In this document: positions 48,901 to 63,750 of the stretch, piece by piece
How positions within the stretch are numbered: position 1 is the stretch's first letter
Layout of the letters: each line of letters opens with the position of its first letter
Assembly: GCA_964035545.1 (NCBI GenBank)
Contig: OZ037768.1
Span: 15,137,675-15,201,674 of the forward strand
DNA: 64,000 bases
DNA from: Bugula neritina
Lineage: Eukaryota; Animalia; Bryozoa
Direction: 5' to 3'
Program-made: the position numbers and the translations under genes
The notes under the pieces: generated by a model
What the model saw: the letters and a program-made list of their open reading frames with translations, nothing else
Database searches by the model: none
Told to the model about the DNA's origin: nothing

Positions 48901-51900
48901 CAAACCACTTAAACATACTGCATCATCCAGCAACAAAATGAAATATACGGTAACACTGAAGCATACTGCAATATACTGAAATATACTGTAACATACTAAG
49001 ACATACTGCAACATACCGAAAAATATGGTAACCGACTGAAGTATGTTACAAACTACTGAAACATACTGCAACATAATGAGTCATACTGCAACATACTGAA
49101 AGATACTGCAACATACTGAAATACACTATAGAATACCAAAATATACTGCAACATACTGCAATATACTGCAAGATACTGCAAAATACTGAAATACATTGTA
49201 AGATAGCTAAATACACTGCAACATACTGCAACATACTGCAACATATTGAAATACACTGTAATATATTGAAAAACACTGCAACACATTGAAATATACTGCA
49301 ACATACCGAAGTATATGGTAGCTTACTGAAATATACTGCAACATACTGAAATACACCGTAACATACTAAACTCCACTGCAACATTCTGAAATACACTGTA
49401 ACACATTGAAACACACTGCAACACAGTGAATTATACTGAAATACATTCTAAGATACGGAAACACACTGCAACATACTGCAACATAATGAAAGATACTGCA
49501 ATATACTGAAATAAACTGCAAGGTACTGCAACATACTGAAATACACTGTAACATACTGAAATACACTGTAACAGATTGAAATACACTGCGACATACTGCA
49601 ACATACTGAAAAACGCTGTAACATATTGAAAAACACTGCAACACATTGAAATATACCGCAACATACCGAAATGTATGGTAACCTACTGAAATATGCTGTA
49701 ACACATTGAAATATCCTGCAACACATTGAAATATACTGCAACATACCGAAATATATGGTAACCTACTGAAATATGTTGCAAACGACTGAAATATACTGCA
49801 ACATACTAAAATATACTGCAAGATACTGCAACATACTGAAACACATTGTAAGATACTGAAATACACTGTAACATATCGAAAAACACTGCAACACATTGAA
49901 ATATGCTGCAACATACTAAAACATACGGCAACATACTGAAATATACTGCGACACATTGAAATATAGTGCAACATACTGAAATATGCTGTAGCATACTGAA
50001 ATACACTGCAATACACTGAAGTATACTGTAATATACAGAAACGTACTGTAACATACTGAAACATACGGCAACATACTAAATTATACTGCGACACATTGAA
50101 ATATATTGCAGCATACTGAAATACACCGTAACATACTAAACTCCACTGCAACATTCTGAAATACACTGTAGCACATTGAAATACACTGCAACACAGTGAA
50201 TTATACTGAAATACATTGTAAGATACGGAAACACACTGCAACATACTGCAACATAATGAAATATATGGTAACCTACTGAATTATGTTGAAAACTACTGAA
50301 ATATACTGCAACATTATGCAACCTAATGAAAGATACTGCAATATACAGAAATAAACTGCAAGATACTGCAACATACTGAAATACACTGTAACATACTGAA
50401 ATACACTGTAACATACTGAAATACACTGTAACGGATTGAAATACACTGCGACATACTGCAACATACTGAAAAACGCTGTAACATATTGAAATACACTGCA
50501 AAACATTGAAATATTCCGCAACATACCGAAATATATGGTAACCTAATGAGATATGCTGTAACACGTTGAAGTACACTGCAACATACTGAAATACACTGCA
50601 ACACACTAAATTATACTGTAGTTTACAGAAATGTACTGCAACATACCGAAATATACTGCAAGATACAGCAACATACTGAAATACACTGTAACATACTGAA
50701 ATACACTGCAACAGACTGAATTATACTGCATGATACTGCAACACACTGATACACATTGTAAGATACTGAAATGCACTGCAACATACTGAAATATACTGCA
50801 TGATACTGCAACATACTCATACACATTGTAAGATACTGAAGCACACTGCAACATACCGCAACAAACTGCAAAGTATTGAAATACACTGTAACATATTGAA
50901 AAACACTGCAACACACTGAAATATACTGAAACATACCAAAAATATATGGTAACCCACTGAAATCTGTTGCAAACCACTGAAATATACTGCAACATACTGC
51001 AACATAATGAATAATACTGCAACATACTGAAATATACTGCAACACACTAAATTATACTGTATTTTACAGAAATGTACTGCAACATACTGAAATATACTGC
51101 AAGATACTGCAACATACTGAAATACACTGTAACATACTGAAATACACTGCAACATACTGAAATATACTGCATGATACTGCAACATACTGATACACATTGT
51201 AAGATACTGAAATGCACTGCAACATACTGAAACATACTGCATGATACTGCAACATATTCATACACATTGTAAGATACTGAAAAACACTGCAACATACCGC
51301 GACATACTGCAACGTATTGAAATACACTGTAACATATTGAAAAACACTGCAACACATTGAAACATACTGCAACATACTGAAACATACGGCAACATACTGA
51401 AATATACTGCGACACATTGAAATATAGTGCAACATACTGAAATATGCTGTAGCATACTGAAATACACTGCAATACACTGAAGTATACTGTAATATACAGA
51501 AACGTATTGTAACATACTGAAACATACGGCAACATACTGAAATATACTGTGACACATTGAAATATACTGCAACATACTGAAAAATATGGTAACCTACTGA
51601 AATATGTTGAAAACTACTGAAATATACTGCAAAATTATGCAACATAATGAAAGATACTGCAATATACTGAAATAAACTGCAAGATACTGCAACATACTGA
51701 AATACACTGTAACATACTGAATTACACTGTAACATATTGAAATACACTGCGACATACTGCAACATACTGAAAAACGCTGTAACATATTGAAATACACTGC
51801 AACACATTGAAATATTCCGCAACATACCGAAATATATGGTAACCTAATGAGATATACTGTAACACGTTGAAGTACACTGCAACATACTGAAATACACTGC

Positions 51901-54900
51901 AACACACTAAATTATACTGTAATTTACAGAAATGTACTGCAACATACTGAAGTATACTGAAAGATACTGCAACATACTGAAATACACTGTAACATACTGA
52001 AATACACTGCAAGATACTGAAATATACTGCATGATACTGCAACATACTGATACACATTGTAAGATACTGAAATGCACTGCAACATACTAAAATATACTGC
52101 ATGATACTGCAACATACTCATACACATTGTAAGATACTGAAATACACTGCAACATACCGCAACATACTGCAACGTATTGAAATACACTGTAACATATTGA
52201 AAAACACTGCAACACATTGAAATATACTGCAACATACTAAAACATACGGCAACATACTGAAATATACTGTGACACATTGAAATATACTGCAACATACTGA
52301 AATACACCGTAACATACTGAAACACACTGCAACATACTGAAATACACTGTAACATAGTGAAATACACTGCAACACACTGAAATATACTGAAACATGCCGA
52401 AATATATGGTAACCTACTGAAATATGTTGCAAACCACTAAAACATACTGCATCATCCTGCAACAAAATGAAATATACGGTAACACTGAAGCATACTGCAA
52501 TATACTGACATACACTGTAACATACTAAGACATACTGCAACATACCGAAAAATATGGTAACCTACTGAAATATGTTACAAACTACTGAAACATACTGCAA
52601 CATACTGCAACATAATGAAATATACTGCAACATACTGAAAGATACTGCAACATACTGAAATATACTGCAAGATACTGCAAAATACTGAAATACATTGTAA
52701 AATACCTAAATACATTGCAACACACTTCAACATACTGCAACATATTGAAATACACTGTAACATATTGAAAAACACTGCAACACATTGAAATATACCGCAA
52801 CATACCGAAGTATATGGTAGCCTACTGAAATAAACTGCGACATACTGAAATACACTGTAACGTACTGAAATACACTGCAACATACTGAAATACACTGTAA
52901 CATATTAAAATACACTGCAACACACTGAAATATACTGAAACATACCGAAATATATGGTAACCCACTGAAATCTGTTGCAAACCACTGAAATATACTGCAA
53001 CATACTGCAACATAATGAAGTATACTGCAACATACTGAAATATACTGCAAGATACTGCAACATACTGATACACATTGTAAGATACTGAAATACACTGCAA
53101 CATACCGCAACATACTGCAACGTATTGAAATACACTGTAACATATTGAAAAACACTGCAACACATTGAAATATACTGCAACATACTGAAACATACGGCAA
53201 CATACTGAAATATACTGCGACACATTGAAATATAGTGCAACATACTGAAATATGCTGTAGCAAACTGAAATACACTGCAATTCACTGAAATATACTGTAA
53301 TATATAGAAACGTACTGTAATATACTGAAACATACGGCAACATACTAAAATGTACTGCGACACATTGAAAAATACTGCAACATACTGAAATACACCGTAA
53401 CATACTAAACTCCACTGCAACATTCTGAAATACACTGTAACACATTGAAATACACTGCAACACATTGAATTATACTGAAATACATTGTAAGATACTGAAA
53501 TACACTGCAAGATACTGCAACATAATGGAATATATGGTAACCTACTGAAATATGTTGAAAACTACTGAATTATACTGCAACATAATGCAACATAATGAAA
53601 GATACTGCAACATACTGAAATAAACTGCAAGATGCTGCAACATACTGAAATACACTGCAACACACTGAAGTATACTGTAATATACAGAAATGTACTGTAA
53701 AATACTGAAATATACTTCATTATCCTGAAAATACCTAAAGACATTGAAACATACTGATATACACTGAAACATACTGAAATACACTGCAACACATTGGAAT
53801 ATACTGCAACATACCGAAATATATGGTAACCTACTGAAGTATGTTGCAAACTACTGAAATATACTGCAACATACTGAAATACGCCGTAACATACTGAAAT
53901 ACACTGCAACATACTGAAATACATCGTAACAAATTGAAATACACTGCAACACACTGAAATATACTGAAACATACCGAAATATATGGTAACCTACTGAAAT
54001 ATGTTGCAAACCACTGAAACATACTGCATCATCCTGCAACAAAATGAAATATACGGTAACACTGAAGCATACTGCAATATACTGAAATATACTGTAACAT
54101 ACTAAGACATACTGCAACGTACCGAAATATATGGTAACCTACTGAAATATGTTGCAAACCACTGAAATATACTGCAACATATTGAAGTATACTGCAACAT
54201 ACTGGAATATACTGCAAGATACTGCAACATACTGAAATACACTGTAACATACTGAAATACACTGCAAGATACTGAAATATACTGCAAGATACTGCAACAT
54301 ACTGAAACACATTGTAAGATACTGAAATACACTGCAACATACCGCAACATACTGCAACGTATTGAAATACACTGTAACATATTGAAAAATACTGCAACAC
54401 ATTGAAATATACTGCAACATACGGCAACATACTGAAATATACTGCGACACATTGAAATATAGTGCAACATACTGAAATATGCTGTAGCATACTGAAATAC
54501 ACTGCAATTCACTGAAGTATACTGTTTTATACAGAAACGTACTGTAACATACTGAAACATACGGCAACATACTAAAATGTACTGCGACACATTGAAATAT
54601 ACTGCAACATACTGAAATACATCGTAACATACTAAACTCCACTGCAACATTCTGAAATACACTGTAACACATTGAAATACACTGCAACACAGTGAATTAT
54701 ACTGAAATACATTGTAAGATACGAAAACACGCTGCAACATACTGCAACATAATGAAATATATGGTAACCTACGGAAATATGTTGAAAACTACTGAAATAT
54801 ACCGCAACATTATGCAACATAATGAAAGATACTGCAATATACTGAAATAAACTGCAAGATACTGCAACATACTGAAATACACTGTAACATACATAAATAC

Positions 54901-55560
54901 ACTGTAACATATTGAAATACACTGCGACATACTGCAACATACCGAAAAACGCTGTAACATATTGAAATACACTGCAACACATTGAAATATTCCGCAACAT
55001 ACCGAAATATATGGTAACCTAATGAGATATACTGTAACACGTTGAAGTACACTGCAACATACTGAAATACACTGCAACACACTAAATTATACTGTAATTT
55101 ACAGAAATGTACTGCAACATACTGAAATATACTGCAAGATACTGCAACATACTGAAATACACTGTAACATACTGAAATACACTGCAACATACTGAAATAT
55201 ACTGCATGATACTGCAACATACTGATACACATTGTAAGATACTGAAATACACTGCAACATACCGCAACATACTGCAACGTATTGAAATACACTGTAACAT
55301 ATTGAAAAACACTGCAACACATTGAAATATAGTGCAACATACTGAAACATACGGCAACATACTGAAATATACTGCGACACATTGAAATATAGTGCAACAT
55401 ACTGAAATATGCTGTAGCATACTGAAATACACTGCAATACACTGAAGTACACTGTAATATACAGAAACGTGCTGTAACATACTGAAACATACGGCAACAT
55501 ACTACAATATACTGTGACACATTGAAATATCCTGCAACATACTGAAATACACCGTAACAA
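48901..55560 (+). repeat. ~6.7-kb segmental duplication, copy 2
   Basis: Shares private variants AGATAGCTAA, GGTAGCTTAC, ACTGTTTTAT and ACATAAATAC with 39761-46500. Confidence 0.9.
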
Positions 55561-55949
55561 ACTGAAATACACTGCAACATACTGAAATACACTGTAACAT
55601 ATTGAAATACGCTGCAACACACTGAAATATACTAAAACATACCGAAATATATGGTAACCTACTGAAATATGTTGCAAACCACTAAAACATACTGCATCAT
55701 CCTGCAACAAAATGAAATATATGGTAACACTGAAGCATACTGCAATATATTGAAATATACTGTAACATACTAAGACATACTGCAACATACCGAAAAATAT
55801 GGTAACCTACTGAAATATGTTACAAACTACTGAAACATACTCCAACATACTGCAACATAATGAAATATACTGCAACATACTGAAAGATACTGCAACATAC
55901 TGAAATACACTATAGAATACCCAAATATACTGCAACATACTGAAATATA

Positions 55950-58140
55950 CTGCAAGATACTGCAAAATACTGAAATACATTGTAAGATACCTAAATACAC
56001 TGCAACATACTGCAACATACTGCAACATATTGAAATACACTGTAACATATTGAAAAACACTGCAACACATTGAAATATACCGCAACATACCGAAGTATAT
56101 GGTAGCCTACTGAAATATACTGCGACATACTGAAATACACTGTAACGTACTGAAGTACACTGCAACATACTGAAATACACTGTAACATATTAAAATACAC
56201 GGCAACACACTGAAATATACTGGAACATACCGAAATATATGGTAACCCACTGAAATCTGTTGCAAACCACTGAAATATACTGCAACATACTGCAACATAA
56301 TGAAGTATACTGCAACATACTGAAATATACTGCAAGATACTGCAACATACTGATACACATTGTAAGATACTGAAATACACTGCAACATACCGCAACATAC
56401 TGCAACGTATTGAAATACACTGTAACATATTGAAAAACACTGCAACACACTGAAACATACTGCAACATACTGAAACATACGGCAACATACTGAAATATAC
56501 TGCGACACATTGAAATATAGTGCAACATACTGAAATATGCTGTAGCAGACTGAAATACACTGCAATTCACTGAAATATACTGTAATATATAGAAACGTAC
56601 TGTAACATACTGAAACATACGGCAACATACTAAAATGTACTGCGACACATTGAAATATACTGCAACATACTGAAATACACCGTAACATACTAAACTACAC
56701 TGCAACATTCTGAAATACACTGTAACACATTGAAATACACTGCAACACATTGAATTATACTGAAATACATTGTAAGATACTGAAATACACTGCAAGATAC
56801 TGCAACATAATGGAATATATGGTAACCTACTGAAATATGTTGAAAACTACTGAATTATACTGCAACATAATGCAACATAATGAAAGATACTGCAACATAC
56901 CGAAATAAACTGCAAGATGCTGCAACATACTGAAATACACTGCAACACACTGAAGTATACTGTAATATACAGAAATGTACTGTAAAATACTGAAATATAC
57001 TTCATTATACTGAAAAAACCTAAAAACATTGAAACATACTGATATACACTGAAACATACTGAAATACACTGCAACACATTTGAATATACTGCAACATACC
57101 GAAATATATGGTAACCTACTGAAGTATGTTGCAAACTACTGAAATATACTGCAACATACTGAAATACGCCGTAACATGCTGAATTACACTGCAACATACT
57201 GAAATACATCGTAACAAATTGAAATACACTGCAACACACTGAAATATACTGAAACATACCGAAATATATGGTAACTTACTGAAATATGTTGCAAACCACT
57301 GAAACATACTGCATCATCCTGCAACAAAATGAAATATACGGTAACACTGAAGCATACTGCAATATACTGAAATATACTGTAACATACTAAGACATACTGC
57401 AACGTACCGAAATATATGGTAACCTACTGAAATATGTTGCAAACCACTGAAATATACTGCAACATATTGAAGTATACTGCAACATACTGGAATATACTGC
57501 AAGATACTGCAACATACTGAAATACACTGTAACATACTGAAATACACTGCAAGATACTGAAATATACTGCAAGATACTGCAACATACTGAAACACATTGT
57601 AAGATACTGAAATACACTGCAACATACCGCAGCATACTGCAACGTATTGAAATACACTGTAACATATTGAAATACACTGCAAGATACTGAAATATACTGC
57701 AAGATACTGCAACATACTGAAACACATTGTAAGATACTGAAATACACTGCAACATACCGCAGCATACTGCAACACATTGAAATATACTGCAACATACGGC
57801 AACATACTGAAATATACTGCGACACATTGAAATATAGTGCAACGAACTGAAATATGCTGTAGCATACTGAAATACACTGCAATTCACTGAAGTATACTGC
57901 AATATACAGAAACGTACTGTAACATACTGAAACATACGGCAACATACTAAAATGTACTGCGACACATTGAAATATACTGCAACATACTGAAATACACCGT
58001 AACATACTAAACTCCACTGCAACATTCTGAAGTACACTGTAACACATTGAAATACACTGCAACACAGTGAATTATACTGAAATACATTGTAAGATGCGGA
58101 AACACGCTGCAACTTACTGCAACATAATGAAATATATGGT
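55950..58140 (+). repeat. Further diverged copy of ~52660-54770 (offset 3285), with a local duplication (57541-57640 repeated at 57671-57770)
   Basis: ORF pairs 52822/56107, 53542/56827 and 54029/57314. ACCGCAGCAT occurs twice, 130 bp apart. Confidence 0.8.
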
Positions 58141-58429
58141 AACCTACTGAAATATGTTGAAAACTACTGAAATATACTGCAAAATTATGCAACATAATGA
58201 AAGATACTGCAATATACTGAAATAAACTGCAAGATACTGCAACATACTGAAATACACTGTAACATACTGAAATACACTGTAACATATTGAAATACACTGC
58301 GACATACTGCAACATACTGAAAAACGCTGTAACATATTGAAATACACTGCAACACATTGAAATATTCCGCAACATACCGAAATATATGGTAACCTAATGA
58401 GATATACTGTAACACGTTGAAGTACACTG

Positions 58430-61400
58430 CAACATACTGAAATACACTGCAACACACTAAATTATACTGTAATTTACAGAAATGTACTGCAACATACTGA
58501 AGTATACTGCAAGATACTGCAACATACTGAAATACACTGTAACATACTGAAATACACTGCAAGATACTGAAATATACTGCATGATACTGCAACATACTGA
58601 TACACATTGTAAGATACTGAAATGCACTGCAACATACTAAAATATACTGCATGATACTGCAACATACTCATACACATTGTAAGATACTGAAATACACTGC
58701 AACATACCGCAACATACTGCAACGTATTGAAATACACTGTAACATATTGAAAAACACTGCAACACATTGAAATATACTGCAACATACTAAAACATACGGC
58801 AACATACTGAAATATACTGCGACACATTGAAATATAGTGCAACATACTGAAATATGCTGTAGCATACTGAAATACACTGCAATACACTGAAGTATACTGT
58901 AACAAATTGAAATACACTGCAACACACTGAAATATACTGAAACATACCGATATATATGGTAACCTACTGAAATATGTTGCAAACCACTGAAACATACTGT
59001 ATCATCCTGCAACATAATGAAATATACGGTAACATACTGAAAGATACTGCAACATACTGAAATACACTATGGAATACCGAAATATACTGCAACATACTGA
59101 AATATACTGCAAGATACTGCAAAATACTGAAATACATTGTAAGACACCTAAATACACTGCAACATACTGCAACATACTGCAACATATTGAAATACACTGT
59201 AACATATTGAAAAACACTGCAACACATTGAAATATACCGCAACATACCGAATTATATGGTAGCCTACTGAAATATACTGCGACATACTGAAATACACTGT
59301 AACATACTGAAATACACTGCAACATACTGAAATACACTGTAACATATTAAGATACACTGCAACACACTGAAATATACTGAAACATACCGAAATATATGGT
59401 AACCCACTGAAATATGTTGCAAACCACTGAAATATACTGCAACATACTGCAACATAATGAAGTATACTGCAACATACTGAAATATACTGCAAGATACTGC
59501 AACATACTGATACACATTGCAAGATACTGAAATACACTGCAACACATTGAAATACACTGCAACACACTGAAGTATACTGTAATATACAGAAATGTACTGT
59601 AAAATACTGAAATATACTTCATTATACTGAAAAATACCTAAAAACATTGAAACATACTGATATAAACTGAAACATACTGAAATACACTGCAACACATTGG
59701 AATATACTGCAACATACCGAAATATATGGTAACCTACTGAAGTATGTTGCAAACTAGTGAAATATACTGCAACATATTGAAGTATACTGCAACATACTGA
59801 AAAACGCTGTAACATATTGAAATACACTGCAACACATTGAAATATTCCGCAAAATACCGAAATATATGGTAACCTAATGAGATATACTGTAACACGTTGA
59901 AGTACACTGCAACATACTGAAATACACTGCAACACACTAAATTATACTGTAATTTACAGAAATGTACTGCAACATACTGAAACATACGGCAACATACTGA
60001 AATATACTGCGACACATTGAAATATAGTGCAACATACTGAAATATGCTGTAGCATCCTGAAATACATTGCAATACACTGAAGTATACTGTAATATACAGA
60101 AACGTACTGTAACATGCTGAAACATACGGCAACATACTAAAATATACTGCGACACATTGAAATATACTGCAACATACTGAAATACACCGTAACATACTGA
60201 AATACACTGCAACATACTGAAATACACTGTAACATATTGAAATACACTGCAACACACTGAAATATACTGAAACATACCGATATATATGGTAACCTACTGA
60301 AATATGTTGCAAACCACTGAAACGTACTGCATCATCCTGCAACAAAATGAAATATACGGTAACACTGAAGCATACTGCAGTATACTGAAATGTACTGTAA
60401 CATACTAAGACATACTGCAACATACCGAAAAATATGGTAACCTACTGAAATATGTTACAAACTACTGAAACATACTGCAACATATTATAGCAACATAATG
60501 AAATACACTGCAACATACTGAAATATACTGCAAGATACTGCAAAATACTGAAATACATTGTAAGATACCTAAATACACTGCAACATACTGCAACTTACTG
60601 CAACATATTGAAATACACTGTAACATATTGAAAAACACTGCAACACATTGAAATATACCGCAACATACCGAAGTATATGGTAGCCTACTGAAATATACTG
60701 CGACATACTGAAATACACTGTAACGTACTGAAATACAGTGCAACATACTGAAATACACTGTAACGTATTAAAATACACTGCAACATACTGAAATATACTG
60801 AAACATACCAAAATATATGGTAACCCACTGAAATATGTTGCAAACCACTGAAATATACTGCAACATACTGCAACATAATGAAATATACTGCAACATACTG
60901 AAATATACTGCATGATACTGCAACATACTCATACACATTGTAAGATACTGAAATACACTGCAACATACCGCAACATACTGCAACGTAATGAAATACACTG
61001 TAACATATTGAAAAACACTGCAACACATTGAAATATACTGCAACATACTAAAACATACGGCAACATACTGAAATATACTGCGACATATTGAAATATAATG
61101 CAACATACTGAAATATGCTGTAGCATACTGAAATACACTGCAATACACTGAAGCATACTGTAATATACAGAAACGTACTGTAACATACTGAAACATACGT
61201 CAACATACTAAAATATACTGCGACACATTGAAATATACTGCAACATACTGAAATACACCGTAACATACTAAACTCCACTGCAACATTCTGAAATACACTG
61301 TAACACATTGAAATACACTGCAACACAGTGAATTATACTGAAATACATTGTGAGATACGGAAACACGCTGCAACATACTGCAAAATAATGAAATATATGG

Positions 61401-63750
61401 TAACCTACTGAAATATGTTGAAAACTACTGAAATATACTGCAAAATTATGCAACATAATGAAAGATACTGCAATATACTGAAATAAACTGCAAGATACTG
61501 CAACATACTGAAATACACTGTAACATACTGAAATACACTGTAACAGATTGCAATACACTGCGACATACTGCAACATACTGAAAAACGCTGTAAAATATTG
61601 AAATACACTGCAACACATTGAAATATTCCGCAACATACCGAAATATATGGTAACCTAATGAGATATACTGTAACACGTTGAAGTACACTGCAACATACTG
61701 AAATACACTGCAACACACTAAATTATACTGTAATTTACAGAAATGTACTGCAAAATACTGAAATATACTGCAAGATACTGCAACATACTGAAATACACTG
61801 TAACATACTGAAATACACAGCAACATACTGAAATATACTGCATGATACTGCAACATACTGATACACATTGTAAGATACTGAAATGCACTGCAACATAGTG
61901 AAATATACTGCATGATACTGCAACATACTCATACACATTGTAAGATACTGAAATACACTGCAACATACCGCAACATACTGCAACGTATTGAAATACACTG
62001 TAACATATTGAAAAACACTGCAACACATTGAAATATACTGCAACATACTGAAATATACGGCAACATACTGAAATATACTGCGACACATTGAAATATAGTG
62101 CAACATACTGAAATATGCTGTAGCATACTGAAATACACTGCAATACACTGAAGTATACTGTAATATACTGAAATGTACTGTAACATACTGAAACATACGG
62201 CAAGATACTAAAATATACTGCGACACATTGAAATATACTGCAACATACTGAAATACACCGTAACATACTGAAATACACTGCAACATACTGAAATACACTG
62301 TAACATATTGAAATACACTGCAACACACTGAAATATACTGAAACATACCGATATATATGGTAACCTACTGAAATATGTTGCAAACCACTGAAACATACTG
62401 CATCATCCTGCAACAAAATGAAATATACGGTAACACTGAAGCATACTGCAATATACTGAAATATACTGTAACATACTAAGACATACTGCAACATACCGAA
62501 AAATATGGTAACCTACTGAAATATGTTACAAACTACTGAAACATACTGCAACATACTGCAACATAATGAAAAACGCTGTAACATATTGAAAAACACTGCA
62601 ACACATTGAAATATACCGCAACATACCGAAATGTATGGTAACCTACTGAAATATGCTGTAACACATTGAAATATCCTGCAACACATTGAAATATACTGCA
62701 ACATACCGAAATATATGGTAACCTACTGAAATATGTTGCAAACGCCTGAAATATACTGCAACATACTGCAACATATTGAAGTATACTGCAACATACTAAA
62801 ATATACTGCAAGATACTGCAACATACTGATATACACTGTAACATACTGAAATACACTGCAACATACTGAAATATACTGCAAGATACTGCAACATACTGAA
62901 ACGCATTGTAAGATACTGAAATACACTGCAACATACCGCAACATACTGCAACGTATTGAAATACACTGTAACATATTGAAAAACACTGCAACACATTGAA
63001 ATTTACTGCAACATACTAAAACATTCGGCAACATACTGAAATATACTGGAACACATTGAAATATAGTGCAACATACTGAAATATGCTGTAGCATACTGAA
63101 ATACACTGCAATACACTGAAGTATACTGTAATATACAGAAACGTACTGTAACATACTGAAACATACGGCAACATACTAAAATATACTGCGACACATTGAA
63201 ATATACTGCAACATACTGAAATACACCGTAACATACTAAACTCCACTGCAACATTCTGAAATACACTGTAACACATTGAAATACACTGCAACATACTAAA
63301 ACATACGGCAACATACTGAAATATACTGCGACATATTGAAATATAATGCAACATACTGAAATATGCTGTAGCATACTGAAATACACTGCAATACACTGAA
63401 GTATACTGTAATATACAGAAACGTACTGTAACATACTGAAACATACGTCAACATACTAAAATATACTGCGACACATTGAAATATACTGCAACATACTGAA
63501 ATACACCGTAACATACTAAACTCCACTGCAACATTCTGAAATACACTGTAACACATTGAAATACACTGCAACACAGTGAATTATACTAAAATACATTGTG
63601 AGATACGGAAACACGCTGCAACATACTGCAAAATAATGAAATATATGGTAACCTACTGAAATATGTTGAAAACTACTGAAATATACTGCAAAATTATGCA
63701 ACATAATGAAAGATACTGCAATATACTGAAATAAACTGCAAGATACTGCA
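58430..63750 (+). repeat. Return of the variant subfamily found at ~4.2-23 kb
   Basis: ORF pairs 4232/58474 and 4906/59148 give offset 54242. Markers CACTATGGAA (59065), TGTATCATCC, the 13-bp monomer TATTATAGCAACA (60483) and TACGTCAACA are otherwise confined to 4.2-23 kb. Confidence 0.82.

Noticed and set aside
39761-55560. LTR-like long direct repeats flanking an internal region
   Set aside because: The repeats and the spacer are all satellite. There are no TG...CA termini distinct from background, no primer-binding site or polypurine tract, no target-site duplication and no gag/pol.
131-63660. CRISPR-like layout (recurring GGTAACC hub with variable intervening sequence)
   Set aside because: The intervening sequence is the same satellite rather than unique spacers. 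Spacing is irregular (~80-1000 bp) and there is no leader or cas gene.
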